Source: an uncultured bacterium (GTDB taxonomy: Bacteria; Krumholzibacteriota; Krumholzibacteriia; LZORAL124-64-63). From it: a DNA stretch of 64,000 bases. The notes beneath the pieces are model-generated. The model searched no databases. It had not been told where the DNA came from and saw only the letters and a program-made list of their open reading frames with translations. The position numbers and the translations under genes are program-made. This document shows positions 18,967-29,133 of this stretch, piece by piece; position 1 is the first letter of the stretch, and each line of letters begins with the position of its first letter. Where the stretch lies: contig CAVSGO010000005.1 in the NCBI GenBank assembly GCA_963727525.1, forward strand, positions 480,001 to 544,000, read 5' to 3'.

Positions 18967-21807
18967 TTACTTCTGCACCATGAGTTGCCGCGTGACGACC
19001 CGCCGCCCGGCTCCCTGTCCCACCACCATCCGCGCCACGTACACTCCGCTGGCCACCGTCGCGCCATGCGCGTCGCGGCCGTCCCAGGCCACCGCGTGGT
19101 CGCCGGCCGCGAAGTCCTGTCGGCCGAAGTCGCGCACCCGCCGGCCGCGGATGTCGTAGACCGCCAGCGCCACCGATTCGCCCGCCGGCAGCGAGAATCC
19201 GAATGTCGTGCGGCCAGGGGCCGGGTTGGGGAACGCGCCCCGGAAACTCACACGCGTCTGGCTCACCTGCGGCTGCGGATCCTCGACACCCGTTGCTTGG
19301 GCCGGTACGCCCTCGGTGCAGCCCGTGCGCGCCAGGTCGTGGCCAGCCATCGCCCAGCGGCGCGTCGCGCCCGCGAGTGCGTCGGTGCCGGTGCCGCAGA
19401 CGTAAAGGAAGCGGCCGACGGTGATCACGAGATCGGCGATGCCGTCGTTCTCGATGTCGGTCACCACGGCGCTCTGCGCCGTCTCGAGGTCGAACAGGTT
19501 CGGCCAGTCGGCCGGGATCGTCGCCTGCGCCGCCCACTCGTGCAACCAGCCGCCCGTGGTACCGACCAGGAGCTGGGGACGGTCGATACCGGGACGCGCG
19601 ACGCGCCCGATGATCGGTTCGGTGCTCGCGTTGTCGGCGGGCCCGACGGTCACCGGATATCCGGCGAGCAACGTCCCGTCGACATTGACCGCAAACACAC
19701 TGCCCGACCGCGTGCTGAAGCAGAGCACCGGGTCGGTAGCGTTTTCCACGCCGGCCACTGTCACGCCCAGGATGGGCGAGCCCGTGCCGGTGTTGTAGGG
19801 CCAGGCCCCGTTCACGGCGCTGCCGTCGCGATTCAACAGCTGCACGCGGCCCGTGCTCATCGGCACCGCGATCTCGAGGTTGCCATCGCCGTCGAGATCG
19901 CTGAGCGTGACGCCGCCCGACGGCGCCGCGCCGGAGCCGAGCAGGAAGTCGTGCACCGAGCCGTCGGACTCGATGATCGCCACGCCCGTGTTGAGGGCGG
20001 CGACGACCTCCGGCGCACCGTCGCCGTTGAGGTCGCCGATCGCGGCGCGGCCCAGCACCTGCGCGCCCGGGAACGTGACGGGCCAGCCGGGGCGCTCGTT
20101 GCCGGCGCTGTTGAGCAGGTGCACCTGGTTACCGCTGGCCGCGACGATCTCGCCGGCATAGAACCCGGTGATCGGCCCGACGCTCACGTAGGTGTCGCTA
20201 CCGGTCCCGAGGTCCCGAGGAAACGACGGCAGGGGCACGAGAGCCGAATCGAGAGCATGGACCCGGCCGTTCGTGTCGCCGACGACGACCTCTCGCACGC
20301 CGTCGCTGTCCAGGTCGAAGAGAACGGGCAGCGAGCAGTCGCCCGCCGCGCCCATCCCGTAGCTTGCCACCGTGCCCGCACCCAGCGCGTAACGCCGCAC
20401 GAAGCCGTCGCTGTCCACGGCGACGACGTCCTTCACGCCATCGTCGTCGAGGTCGGCCACGCCAGGCGCGGACACGTAGTGGGTGGTGTTGCCGCCGAGG
20501 GTGAAGAAGCCACCGTCCTTGGCCACCGCGAACCCAGGCGAGGTGCGCCACGCGGCGTTGAAGAGTAGCGGCGCCTCATCGTGGGCATCGACTTGCATCA
20601 CCGCAGCGATGGCCGTCTGGTTGCCCTGCGAGGGATCGAGCGCCAGTGCGGCCGGCTGCGTCAGGAGGTGGCCGTTGGCCAGGTACTGCGCGGTCTCGTA
20701 GGTCCCCAGCGGGCCGCTGTCCGGACGCAGCACGTAGTATCCCGCATAGTCGCACATGGTGCCCATGACGCCGTACGCCGTCCAGAACAGCCGCAGGTGG
20801 TTGCGGATCGTCGGGCCCTCGAGCGTGGCCGGCGACCAGGTCGCTCCTCCATCGAGCGAGCCCACGACCGTGGCGCCGAGATTGGGCGAGGAGTCCTTGT
20901 GGTAACCGATCACGACGTCGTCCCCGTGCTGGTCGCTGGCCAGCGACAGACCGGAATAGCCCCATGTCGTGTCCGCAACCACCAGCGTGGCCGGCGCGGG
21001 CCAGTCGGCCAGAGTGATACCGTTGCTGGTCGCGCGGGCGAAGTTGATCTGCATCAGGTCATTGCCGCAGTCGAGGACCGTGCGCAGGCCCGCCAGGTTG
21101 ACGGTGGCGCCGCCACCGAAGCCGAGGCTGAGCGCCATGGTTCTCGTGATGCCGGACGCGAGGGGCGGAAAGTCGTAGATGACGACGGGCGCGGTGAACA
21201 CGGTCGCGGCGTCCTCGGAAAGGCTGTAACGCAGCTCCCAGTCCTCGATATCCGTCTCGACGGCGTACGCCACCGCGACGTCGATGTACTGCGTGGCCGA
21301 CGTGCGCAGCGCCACCGTCAGACCATCGACACGCGGCAACACACCGGGCACGTCGGGGAAAGTGTCGACGACGGTCTGCGTCCAGAAGGGCGTGGGCAGA
21401 TCTACCTGGGACCGCCACACCCAGATCGTCCCGTCGCCCGCATCCGCGTAGAAGCTGAGGAATACCCACTCGTCGAACAGCCCGCTGGAGATTTGCAGGC
21501 GCGCGTCCTTGTACTCCGTGCCGGGCGCGCTGACGACGTCCCACGTCATCCAGGTGGCGCCATGGTCGTCGCTGCGCAGGATGACGAGTTCGCTGGTGTC
21601 GAGGTCGATCTCGCGATTGACGAGGGTGTAGATCTTGCCGGTGGAACTGATGGCCAGGCTCGGCTCCGTGCCGTCGATCTGGTGTCCATCGTACGGGTAG
21701 TAGACGAACTTGCCGGGATTGCCACCTAAAACGGTGGCCCGGGCGGCGGGCAGCATCCCGAGCACCGAGGTGGCGACGACGACGAGTATGATCAATGCCT
21801 TGCGCAT
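18967..21807 (-). CDS. Secreted protein: Asp-box (BNR) propeller + VCBS/FG-GAP repeats + FlgD-Ig/T9SS-like C-terminal domain
   Basis: Signal peptide; SDDHGATW and SLDGGATW Asp-boxes; DLDDDG/DLNGDG/DLDGDG repeats; FPNP...WDGRD..G..VASGVY tail. Confidence 0.82.
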   Translation of the reverse strand: MRKALIILVVVATSVLGMLPAARATVLGGNPGKFVYYPYDGHQIDGTEPSLAISSTGKIYTLVNREIDLDTSELVILRSDDHGATWMTWDVVSAPGTEYKDARLQISSGLFDEWVFLSFYADAGDGTIWVWRSQVDLPTPFWTQTVVDTFPDVPGVLPRVDGLTVALRTSATQYIDVAVAYAVETDIEDWELRYSLSEDAATVFTAPVVIYDFPPLASGITRTMALSLGFGGGATVNLAGLRTVLDCGNDLMQINFARATSNGITLADWPAPATLVVADTTWGYSGLSLASDQHGDDVVIGYHKDSSPNLGATVVGSLDGGATWSPATLEGPTIRNHLRLFWTAYGVMGTMCDYAGYYVLRPDSGPLGTYETAQYLANGHLLTQPAALALDPSQGNQTAIAAVMQVDAHDEAPLLFNAAWRTSPGFAVAKDGGFFTLGGNTTHYVSAPGVADLDDDGVKDVVAVDSDGFVRRYALGAGTVASYGMGAAGDCSLPVLFDLDSDGVREVVVGDTNGRVHALDSALVPLPSFPRDLGTGSDTYVSVGPITGFYAGEIVAASGNQVHLLNSAGNERPGWPVTFPGAQVLGRAAIGDLNGDGAPEVVAALNTGVAIIESDGSVHDFLLGSGAAPSGGVTLSDLDGDGNLEIAVPMSTGRVQLLNRDGSAVNGAWPYNTGTGSPILGVTVAGVENATDPVLCFSTRSGSVFAVNVDGTLLAGYPVTVGPADNASTEPIIGRVARPGIDRPQLLVGTTGGWLHEWAAQATIPADWPNLFDLETAQSAVVTDIENDGIADLVITVGRFLYVCGTGTDALAGATRRWAMAGHDLARTGCTEGVPAQATGVEDPQPQVSQTRVSFRGAFPNPAPGRTTFGFSLPAGESVALAVYDIRGRRVRDFGRQDFAAGDHAVAWDGRDAHGATVASGVYVARMVVGQGAGRRVVTRQLMVQK

Positions 21808-21951
21808 GACGGGAACCTCCGGAACGGGGCGGCATGTCTCTTCTGGACGTTCATGCGCAGGAACGAGCCACGATGTGCAGGTCCGCGCGAAAACAAGGCG
21901 GCAGCCCCTCGCGGAGCCGCCGCCCGTTCTCCCTCACCTGTCGCGAATGTT

Positions 21952-23181
21952 CTAGTGGTCGTACGCCCCCGCGGTGGCGAGGACCTGCGCCAACTCCTCG
22001 ACGACCTTCTCCTTCTCGCCCCCGTCGTCTTTCACGCCGAGGTCGTCCTTGCCCCACTTCTCCTGCGGGAAGGGTCCGAGGGCCTCGAGTTCGTCCCAGT
22101 CGGCGGCACCGGTCTCCTTCTGGAAGACCAGGTTCTCCTGGCGGCAGTCGACGGTGATGAGGTCACCCTTGCGGATCTGGTCGCTGCAGATCAGGTTGCT
22201 GATGTTGGTCACCACTTCCTTCTCCACGAGCCGCTTCAGCGGGCGTGCGCCGTACTGCACGTCGGTGCCCTTCTCGACCAGGTAGGCCTTTGCCGAGGGC
22301 GTGATCTCCAGCAGGAAGGGCTCGGCGCAACGCAGACTGCGGTGGTGGATCTGCGTGAGCAGGATGTCGAGGATCTGGAAGAGGTGAGGCCGCTTCAACG
22401 TGTCGAACGTAACGATGTCGTCGAAGCGGTTGAGGAACTCGAAGGGGAACACCTTCTTGGCCTCGCGCATGGCGGCTTCGGCAACGTCGCGGTCGAGGGC
22501 GGCGTCAGCCGCGCCGGTACTGAAGCCGATGTGATTCTGGGCCAGGTGCGCGCCCATGGCCTCGCTGCCCACGTTGGTGGTGAGGATGATGATCGACTGC
22601 CGGAAATCGACCTCTTCGTTGTTGCCCAGCACCACGGTGCCGTCCTCGAGGATGCCCAGCAGGAGATTCCACAGCTTGGGGTGCGCCTTCTCTATCTCAT
22701 CGAAGAGCACGATGGAAAGGTTGCGCTCGCTCTCGGGCGGGAAGAGCCGCGTGAGGCGGCCGCCCGGCTCGGTGATCAGGCCGCACTGGTTCTCGATGGC
22801 GCGGCGATGATGCCGGTCGATGTTCTCCTGCGCGAGCAACGGACGGATCTCGCCGCCCACGTAGCCGGGAGGCGAGCCGAGCAGCTTGCTGATGTTGTAG
22901 TGCGCGGAGTACTCCTGGCAGTTCACGCGCGTGAAAGCGCGCTTGCTGCCGAAGACAGTCTCGGCCAGGGCGCGGACGGTCTCGGTCTTGCCGACGCCGG
23001 TGGGCCCCATGAACATCATCGTCAACAGCGGACTCTCAGGATCGTGGATCCCGGCGATGAGCCGGCTGAAGCTGTCGGCGATCTTGTCGATGGCCGTGGG
23101 CTGGCCCACCACCATCTTGCGCATGCGGTTGGCGAAGCGATCGAGCTGGGTGTTGGTCTTGTCCAGGCTTAGCGTTTTCAC
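21952..23181 (-). CDS. Clp/Hsp100 ATPase made only of the D2 AAA+ module
   Basis: VVGQ, GPTGVGKTE, GSPPGYVG, LFDEIEKAHP, IGF loop, EFLNRFD, YGARPLKR; no N-domain or D1. Confidence 0.88.
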   Translation of the reverse strand: MKTLSLDKTNTQLDRFANRMRKMVVGQPTAIDKIADSFSRLIAGIHDPESPLLTMMFMGPTGVGKTETVRALAETVFGSKRAFTRVNCQEYSAHYNISKLLGSPPGYVGGEIRPLLAQENIDRHHRRAIENQCGLITEPGGRLTRLFPPESERNLSIVLFDEIEKAHPKLWNLLLGILEDGTVVLGNNEEVDFRQSIIILTTNVGSEAMGAHLAQNHIGFSTGAADAALDRDVAEAAMREAKKVFPFEFLNRFDDIVTFDTLKRPHLFQILDILLTQIHHRSLRCAEPFLLEITPSAKAYLVEKGTDVQYGARPLKRLVEKEVVTNISNLICSDQIRKGDLITVDCRQENLVFQKETGAADWDELEALGPFPQEKWGKDDLGVKDDGGEKEKVVEELAQVLATAGAYDH

Positions 23182-23468
23182 GACGTGACCTCGTGCCGTT
23201 CGCGTTCCTGCGTTCCTGATGGGACATCCCTGTCCCTGCGGCAACGGTGGGTTCCGGGGCGCGAGTAGCGGCTCCACCGTCGGGTTCTAGATCGGCCCGC
23301 GACAAGACGTCTTGAGTGCCAAAGTTTTGAGCTGTTGTCAGTTACCGGCGCGCGCGGGGGCCAGGTAATTGATGTTTCATCATCGCCTGGCGCGTCGCCG
23401 AGGTAGGGGCGGCATTGCTGGTCGGCCGCCTTGATGCGCTTGCCGTGCTCTCGGGATTCGCCCCCCGG

Positions 23469-25211
23469 TCACGGCAGGTATGGCACCGCCAGGTACGGCG
23501 CCTGAGCCTGGCCCACGTGCTCGGCCCACCGTCCATCGCTGATCGGCGCCACGGGGCTATGGACCTGGAAATACCGCTCCACCGCCTCTGCCGTACGCAC
23601 CTGGGTGGGGGTCACGTCGGCGGGCGGGACCTTGGTGAGCATGTCGAGGCCGCTGTTGCCCTCGAGCAGGAAGTTCGTACACACGGCGGTGTAGGTGGCG
23701 TCGGGATCCCACGGCTTGCCGCCGACGGTGAGCGCGACGAGGCGATCCCAGTCTGGGCGCGAGGAGTCGTACACGACGGTGACGCCCGAGACGCAGAGAC
23801 CGCTGACATCGCCGCGCAGCTTGGCCTCGATCACACTGCGCAGCAGGCGGCCGTTCATCTGCACCACCACCAGTTCGTTGCCGAAGGGCAACACGCCGAA
23901 GATGTCGCCGGCAGTGATGGGGCCAGGCGGCAGATCGGCACGCAGACCGCCGAGATTCTGGAAGGCGAAGTCGGCATCGAAATAGGCACGCATGGCGTCG
24001 GTGACGAGGTTGCCCACCTGGTTCGAGCCGGCGCCACCGCGGGACATCGCCGCCGTGGTCTTGCCGATCTCGGCATTCATCTCCGCATTCGCGCGGTCGA
24101 GGTAGGGCTGGAGCAGGTTCGTGGTCGTCGAGTCGGGCCACAGCTCGTCCTGAAACAGCGTGACCAGCGTGCCGCTGTCGTGGGCCGGTTCGTAGCCCAC
24201 GAGCGTCTTCGTCTGCGGATCGATCAGCAGGATCACGTGGCCCACGCTCGACCCGTTGCCGAACGTTTCGAAGCACATCGTGTGATTCACGGGATCGATC
24301 CAGGGCTTCTGATAGCCGCGGTGAGTGTGGCCACCCACGGCGATGTCGATGCCCGGCACGGTGTTCACGAGTTCCATCAGGTTCATGCCGCCGTACGAGG
24401 TATTGCTGCCGTAGGTCTGCGACGCCTGGCTCTGATTCTCGGCTCCCGCCTCGCTATCGACGATTTCCGCATCCTGCTTCCCGACGATCTTCTCCCAGCC
24501 TTTCTTCGGGTCATAGGGCAGCCCCTCGTGGATCGCGAGCATGATCAGGTCCGCACCCTGTGCGCGCAGCTCGTCGCGATATTTCGCCACGACGGGCGGC
24601 ATGGGCAGAAACGTCAGACCGACGATGTTCTCGGGAAAGCTCATCTTCGCGGTCGCCGGCGTGATGATGCCGATGACGCCGATCTTGATGCCTGCCTTCT
24701 CCACCATGAGCGTGGGCCGGCACCAGTCCACGACCTTGCCGGTGTCCGTGGAGACGAGATTGGCGGCGAGCCACGGAAAGTGCGACTGGCGGGCCAGGGC
24801 CTCGTTCACGTCGCGGCCGAGGTCGAAGTCGTGGTTGCCTGGGACTGCGAAGTCGTACCCGATGCTGTTGTAGTAGTCGATGACGGCGCGGCCCTTGGTC
24901 TTGTTGCCGATGGGCGTGCCCTGGAACATGTCGCCCACGTCCACCAGCAGCACCGGTTGGCCGGCCTGCGCGGCCTCGTCGCGGACCTCGTGGATGTAGG
25001 TGGCCGCCGAGGCGGCGCCGCCGAGCGGTGGTGGGAACGCGGGGTTCATGAAGCGCGCGGGCTCGGGCGCGATGTGGCCGTGGACATCGTTGGTCCACAG
25101 CAACTGCAGATGGATGAGGGCATCGTCGGCCGGCTTCGCCGACGCCGCGCTGGCAAACGCCAGGAGCAACAGGCCGCACCCGAGAACGACGGTGGTCTTG
25201 CGCATGGTCAT
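23469..25211 (-). CDS. Secreted bifunctional metallophosphatase / 5'-nucleotidase
   Basis: Signal peptide; NDVHG, DVGD, GNHDFD, GGHTH, N.GGLR, LPFGN motifs. Confidence 0.92.
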   Translation of the reverse strand: MTMRKTTVVLGCGLLLLAFASAASAKPADDALIHLQLLWTNDVHGHIAPEPARFMNPAFPPPLGGAASAATYIHEVRDEAAQAGQPVLLVDVGDMFQGTPIGNKTKGRAVIDYYNSIGYDFAVPGNHDFDLGRDVNEALARQSHFPWLAANLVSTDTGKVVDWCRPTLMVEKAGIKIGVIGIITPATAKMSFPENIVGLTFLPMPPVVAKYRDELRAQGADLIMLAIHEGLPYDPKKGWEKIVGKQDAEIVDSEAGAENQSQASQTYGSNTSYGGMNLMELVNTVPGIDIAVGGHTHRGYQKPWIDPVNHTMCFETFGNGSSVGHVILLIDPQTKTLVGYEPAHDSGTLVTLFQDELWPDSTTTNLLQPYLDRANAEMNAEIGKTTAAMSRGGAGSNQVGNLVTDAMRAYFDADFAFQNLGGLRADLPPGPITAGDIFGVLPFGNELVVVQMNGRLLRSVIEAKLRGDVSGLCVSGVTVVYDSSRPDWDRLVALTVGGKPWDPDATYTAVCTNFLLEGNSGLDMLTKVPPADVTPTQVRTAEAVERYFQVHSPVAPISDGRWAEHVGQAQAPYLAVPYLP

Positions 25212-25227
25212 GTCCCTCTCTCGACCG

Positions 25228-26559
25228 CTAGAAATCGCGCGAGAATCCCAGACCCACCCGGAATCGCGTATCCTCGACCCGTGCCTCGGGATCGGTGGTG
25301 AACCCGGCGGGGTACGCGAAGATATGCGGCTGGATCGACTGCAGCTTGCTCAGCTCCACCGATGCCAGCAACGCGCCCCCGGCCACCGGCATGCCCGCAC
25401 CCGCGGTGAACACCACGGTGCCGGCGTCGCGGTCCGCATAGCTATCGTAGTGGCGGAATCCGAACATCGCCCGCATGCCGTTGTAGAAGGTGTGTTGAAC
25501 GCCGAGCCGCACGTCGAAAACGTCCTGCAACTCGCCCGGGTTCCCGCTCATCGTGCTGCCGAGGGCGGCCCGCGGGCCCTCCAGCTTGCTCCACTGGCAA
25601 TACAGGAGTTCGGCCGAGACGATCGTGCGCGGGTCGTTGCGCGGATAGAGCGTGAAGCCGGCGCGATACTGGCCCGGGTAACGGACGCTCGCGGAGCCGC
25701 TCGTGGTCGTGGTCACGTACGCCGTGTCGACGGCCGACCAGCCGTACGTGTCGATCGCGCGATCGCCGTCCACCTTCAGCGGCAGGTCGTAGGCCAGCCC
25801 GACGTCCACGCGTTCGCTGACGTGCACGCGCCCGCCGAACGTGGCGTTGACGCCCGAGAGGTCCCAGCGGTCGGTGATCTCGAAGCTCTGCGTGACGTCC
25901 TGGGTATAGCGATCCGAAACGTAGGTATCGCGCGAGCCGAACGCATAGTGCAGCGTGGCGCCGACGGAGATCGCCGACGTGACCGCGGCGGCGGCGCCCA
26001 GGCCCAGGTCATGCAAGGTGCCGACCACCTTGTAGGTGCGGTTCTGCAGCACCGCGTCGCGGTTGTTGTACGGGTCGGGGCTGCGCAGCTCCTCGTCGAA
26101 CACGTAACCGAACTCGTTGCGGTCGGCGAGGGCGAGCCCGATAGCGACCGGGACGTTCCCCAGCCGCAGCCCGCGCGCCGCACTCAGTCCGCCCGGGAAG
26201 TGATCGTGGCGGTTGCTCGCGATCACCGTGTCGGTGACGTAGTTCTCGAAGGTGTCGAAGAGCGGCTGGAAGCGGTCCTCGTCGGCATGGTCGACCGCGG
26301 CCGCGAGATCGACGCGCCAGTACCCGGCATCGATGAGGAACGCCGGATTGAAGAGGCCGGACAGACCGCCCCTGTACATGGCCACCCCGGTCCCACCCAT
26401 CGCGTTGACATCGGCCGCCAGATACGGATTCTGGCCCCCATAGGTCGACTCGATCTGCGGAACCGCCACCGCCGTGCCCGCGAGGGCGAGCACGCCGGCC
26501 ACCGCCAGCGTCCGCAGCGCGTGTCCGGAGATCACCTCGGTCAAATGTCGCGTGCACAT
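25228..26559 (-). CDS. Outer-membrane beta-barrel, FadL/PorV-like
   Basis: Signal peptide, AMGG.G...NPA N-terminal motif, amphipathic strands, terminal GLGFSRDF. Confidence 0.7.
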   Translation of the reverse strand: MCTRHLTEVISGHALRTLAVAGVLALAGTAVAVPQIESTYGGQNPYLAADVNAMGGTGVAMYRGGLSGLFNPAFLIDAGYWRVDLAAAVDHADEDRFQPLFDTFENYVTDTVIASNRHDHFPGGLSAARGLRLGNVPVAIGLALADRNEFGYVFDEELRSPDPYNNRDAVLQNRTYKVVGTLHDLGLGAAAAVTSAISVGATLHYAFGSRDTYVSDRYTQDVTQSFEITDRWDLSGVNATFGGRVHVSERVDVGLAYDLPLKVDGDRAIDTYGWSAVDTAYVTTTTSGSASVRYPGQYRAGFTLYPRNDPRTIVSAELLYCQWSKLEGPRAALGSTMSGNPGELQDVFDVRLGVQHTFYNGMRAMFGFRHYDSYADRDAGTVVFTAGAGMPVAGGALLASVELSKLQSIQPHIFAYPAGFTTDPEARVEDTRFRVGLGFSRDF

Positions 26560-26592
26560 CGCTTCGATTCTCCTTTTGCGGGGCAATCCCGC

Positions 26593-29133
26593 CTAGAAGC
26601 TGTAGTCCAGCTGCAGACGGACCGACAGCTCGTCTCGCGGCACGTAGGTCGACGCCAGTTCGTCGGTCGTGTTGCCGTATGACCGCCGATCGAGATAGGT
26701 CTTGGGCAGGTTGTGATCCCGCGTGACCTTGAGCTGGCAGAGCAGTCGCTGGGAGACGCGGCTCTCCACCTTGAACCAGTTGCGGAAGCCCGAGCCGTCG
26801 AGCAGCACAAACTCGTTGCCCTCGAAATTCCACAGGAAACCGTCGTAGATCGACGTGGCGAACTGCAGTGTGATGCCCGGCGTGAGATTGTGCTCGTAGC
26901 GCGCCTCGAACGCGTGCGCCGGCCCCGCCGCCAGACCGACGCCGCTCCAGCCCGTACCGGGAGGGGCCGGGTAGGTCAGACGCGGCCGCGGCGGAAACTG
27001 CACGTTGCTCGTCATGTACGTGAACTGCAGCCGGTTGTAGTTGCTCAGCAGGGCGATGAGCTGCCAGCGCGTCTCCCAGTTGCGATAGGTGCGCACGTCG
27101 GTGGGCCAGGCCTCGGTACGGCTGCTGTAGCGTTGCCGCAGCCGTAACCGCAGGTTGAAGATCGGCTGGTACTCGGCCTTGATGGTGTAGCGCTGCAGGT
27201 CGGCGCCGTCGGCCTTGCGCTGCCACTGGTCGTATTCCAGGCCCGTGAGATTCAGCGTGCGGCTGATCCGGTAGTTCATGCTGAGGAAGAGCCCCTTCTC
27301 TGCCTTTGGCTGGGGCGATTCCGTCACGAGCCACGAGTATAGATCGTCCTGCAGGCGGAACGGCGAATCGAGCAGCGTCTGCTCGTACTTGCTGTCGTTG
27401 CTGAACGAGCGCTGGTACGGATTGTCGAAGTCGAGATCGTAGTCGCGGTAGATCGCGAGCAGATTGAGATTCTCCCACTGGGTGTAGGCGTTCACCAGCC
27501 AGGCCTTGGGATTGTCCCCACTGAAGAGACCGCGCCGCGGATCTTGCAGCCAGGCGTACTCGCCCTGTACGGCCACGTTGCGATAGACGGTCTGGAAGTC
27601 CGTGCCGAAGACCCGGCGAAACTTGTACTCGCGCCGCACGCCTGCGGCCTGATCGTCGAAGACGCTGCGATAGCCGGCGAACACCTCGGAATCGCGGGCC
27701 GTGATCAGATCCTCGATCGTGGTGATGGAATAGTCGTAGAGGGTGTGCGGATCGGGATCGAAGGCCCTGTTGTACCGCGCCGAGTAGCCGCTCACGCCCA
27801 CGAACGTGCCGGGCGCCACCGTGACGTGCACGGCGCCGCCGAACATGTCCTCTTGCAGGGCATCGCGCGCCAGACCCGTGGGGTCGCCTGCCGTGGTGAG
27901 GTGCTGGTCGAGATACGCCGTCGACGGGCGCGGGACCATGGCCACGTAGCGATTGACGGTGCCGTCGTCATTGAGGATGACGTCCTTACGGTCGGTCGAC
28001 CCGAAGAGCGCGATGTTGACGGGTCCCACCGTGCCTTCGAAGGCCGCGCCGTTGAGTGCGTACTCGCGAGTGCGGCTCAGATCGCCGCGCACGCCCAGCG
28101 GCCGCTTGTTCCAGCCGTAGCCGGTCTGCCGGAAATGGATGAAGTCGGTGTTATCCATCACCAGGCCCTGGCCGAACGCGACGCGGAAGTTGCCCAGTAC
28201 CCCGCGCTTGAGATGGAACGGTCCCAGGTCCTTGTTGCTGACGCCGAGGTAGAGCTTGGCCGTCTCGTCCCACGTACTCTCGCCAACGTTGCGGTGGGTC
28301 GTGGCCCCCACCCGGACACCGTGCGTGAGGTTGAGCCGCATCTTCTGCGTCATCGCCGGATCCATGACCCGCGTGTCGCCGGTCGCGAAATGCGTGTCGA
28401 AGCTCGGCCCCCAGATGAGGGAGAGATTCGCCAGGGATTCGTCGTCGCCGCTGGCGTAGGGCGTGTCGTAGTACCGCAGCGTGTACTGGCCGCGCACCTT
28501 GTCCACGCCGAGGTCTTCTGGACTGTACACGACGAAGTCGCGCAGGTTGCGATAGGCCCAGTAGCGCATGCCCTCGGCGCGCCGGAGCTGGTACGCGTTC
28601 TCGAACCCGCCGAGCTGGTCACGCGCCCCCAGGATGCTGGTGGCGTCGACCGGTGAGACGTTCTGGAACGACATCAGGTCGAAGAGGTCGAGATCGTTCA
28701 CGTTCACGGGATCGAGCAGCATGTCGAAGTACTCGTCGGCGAGACCCTCGCTCGATCCTTCCTGCCCGAGATAGCGGCGGGCCTGACGGTAGCTCTGCGT
28801 GAGCCGCTGGATGGCCTCGTCCGGCGGCGGCGGCGGCAACGTTTCCACGAGCGGCTTCAGCACCGCCAGGATGCCGGGCGTCACGCCGGGCACCTCGAGG
28901 AGATCGTAGACACTGCTGAAATAGCGATCGTAGGTGCGGTAATCGTGGATCGCGCGCGCCACGTCCGGCGGGATGGGCAAGGCGAGCATCTGCTCGAGGG
29001 TGGCGCGGTTGAGATCCAGTTTCGCGACCGGATCGGCGTGCGCCGGCGCCGCAGCGAGACCGCCGAGCCACAGCGTGGCGCCCACGAGCGCCAGCGCGAC
29101 CAGGAGCTCTCGGGTCTTCCGCTCGTGCCTCAC
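26593..29133 (-). CDS. Helix-hairpin-helix (ComEA-like) domain outer-membrane protein
   Basis: Signal peptide; LDLNRAT.EQ..ALP...AI.DYR....F.SV.DLLEVPGV plus a second PVNVN...HhH module; beta-strand-rich body, GNF...FGQGL; terminal QLDYSF. Confidence 0.8.
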   Translation of the reverse strand: MRHERKTRELLVALALVGATLWLGGLAAAPAHADPVAKLDLNRATLEQMLALPIPPDVARAIHDYRTYDRYFSSVYDLLEVPGVTPGILAVLKPLVETLPPPPPDEAIQRLTQSYRQARRYLGQEGSSEGLADEYFDMLLDPVNVNDLDLFDLMSFQNVSPVDATSILGARDQLGGFENAYQLRRAEGMRYWAYRNLRDFVVYSPEDLGVDKVRGQYTLRYYDTPYASGDDESLANLSLIWGPSFDTHFATGDTRVMDPAMTQKMRLNLTHGVRVGATTHRNVGESTWDETAKLYLGVSNKDLGPFHLKRGVLGNFRVAFGQGLVMDNTDFIHFRQTGYGWNKRPLGVRGDLSRTREYALNGAAFEGTVGPVNIALFGSTDRKDVILNDDGTVNRYVAMVPRPSTAYLDQHLTTAGDPTGLARDALQEDMFGGAVHVTVAPGTFVGVSGYSARYNRAFDPDPHTLYDYSITTIEDLITARDSEVFAGYRSVFDDQAAGVRREYKFRRVFGTDFQTVYRNVAVQGEYAWLQDPRRGLFSGDNPKAWLVNAYTQWENLNLLAIYRDYDLDFDNPYQRSFSNDSKYEQTLLDSPFRLQDDLYSWLVTESPQPKAEKGLFLSMNYRISRTLNLTGLEYDQWQRKADGADLQRYTIKAEYQPIFNLRLRLRQRYSSRTEAWPTDVRTYRNWETRWQLIALLSNYNRLQFTYMTSNVQFPPRPRLTYPAPPGTGWSGVGLAAGPAHAFEARYEHNLTPGITLQFATSIYDGFLWNFEGNEFVLLDGSGFRNWFKVESRVSQRLLCQLKVTRDHNLPKTYLDRRSYGNTTDELASTYVPRDELSVRLQLDYSF

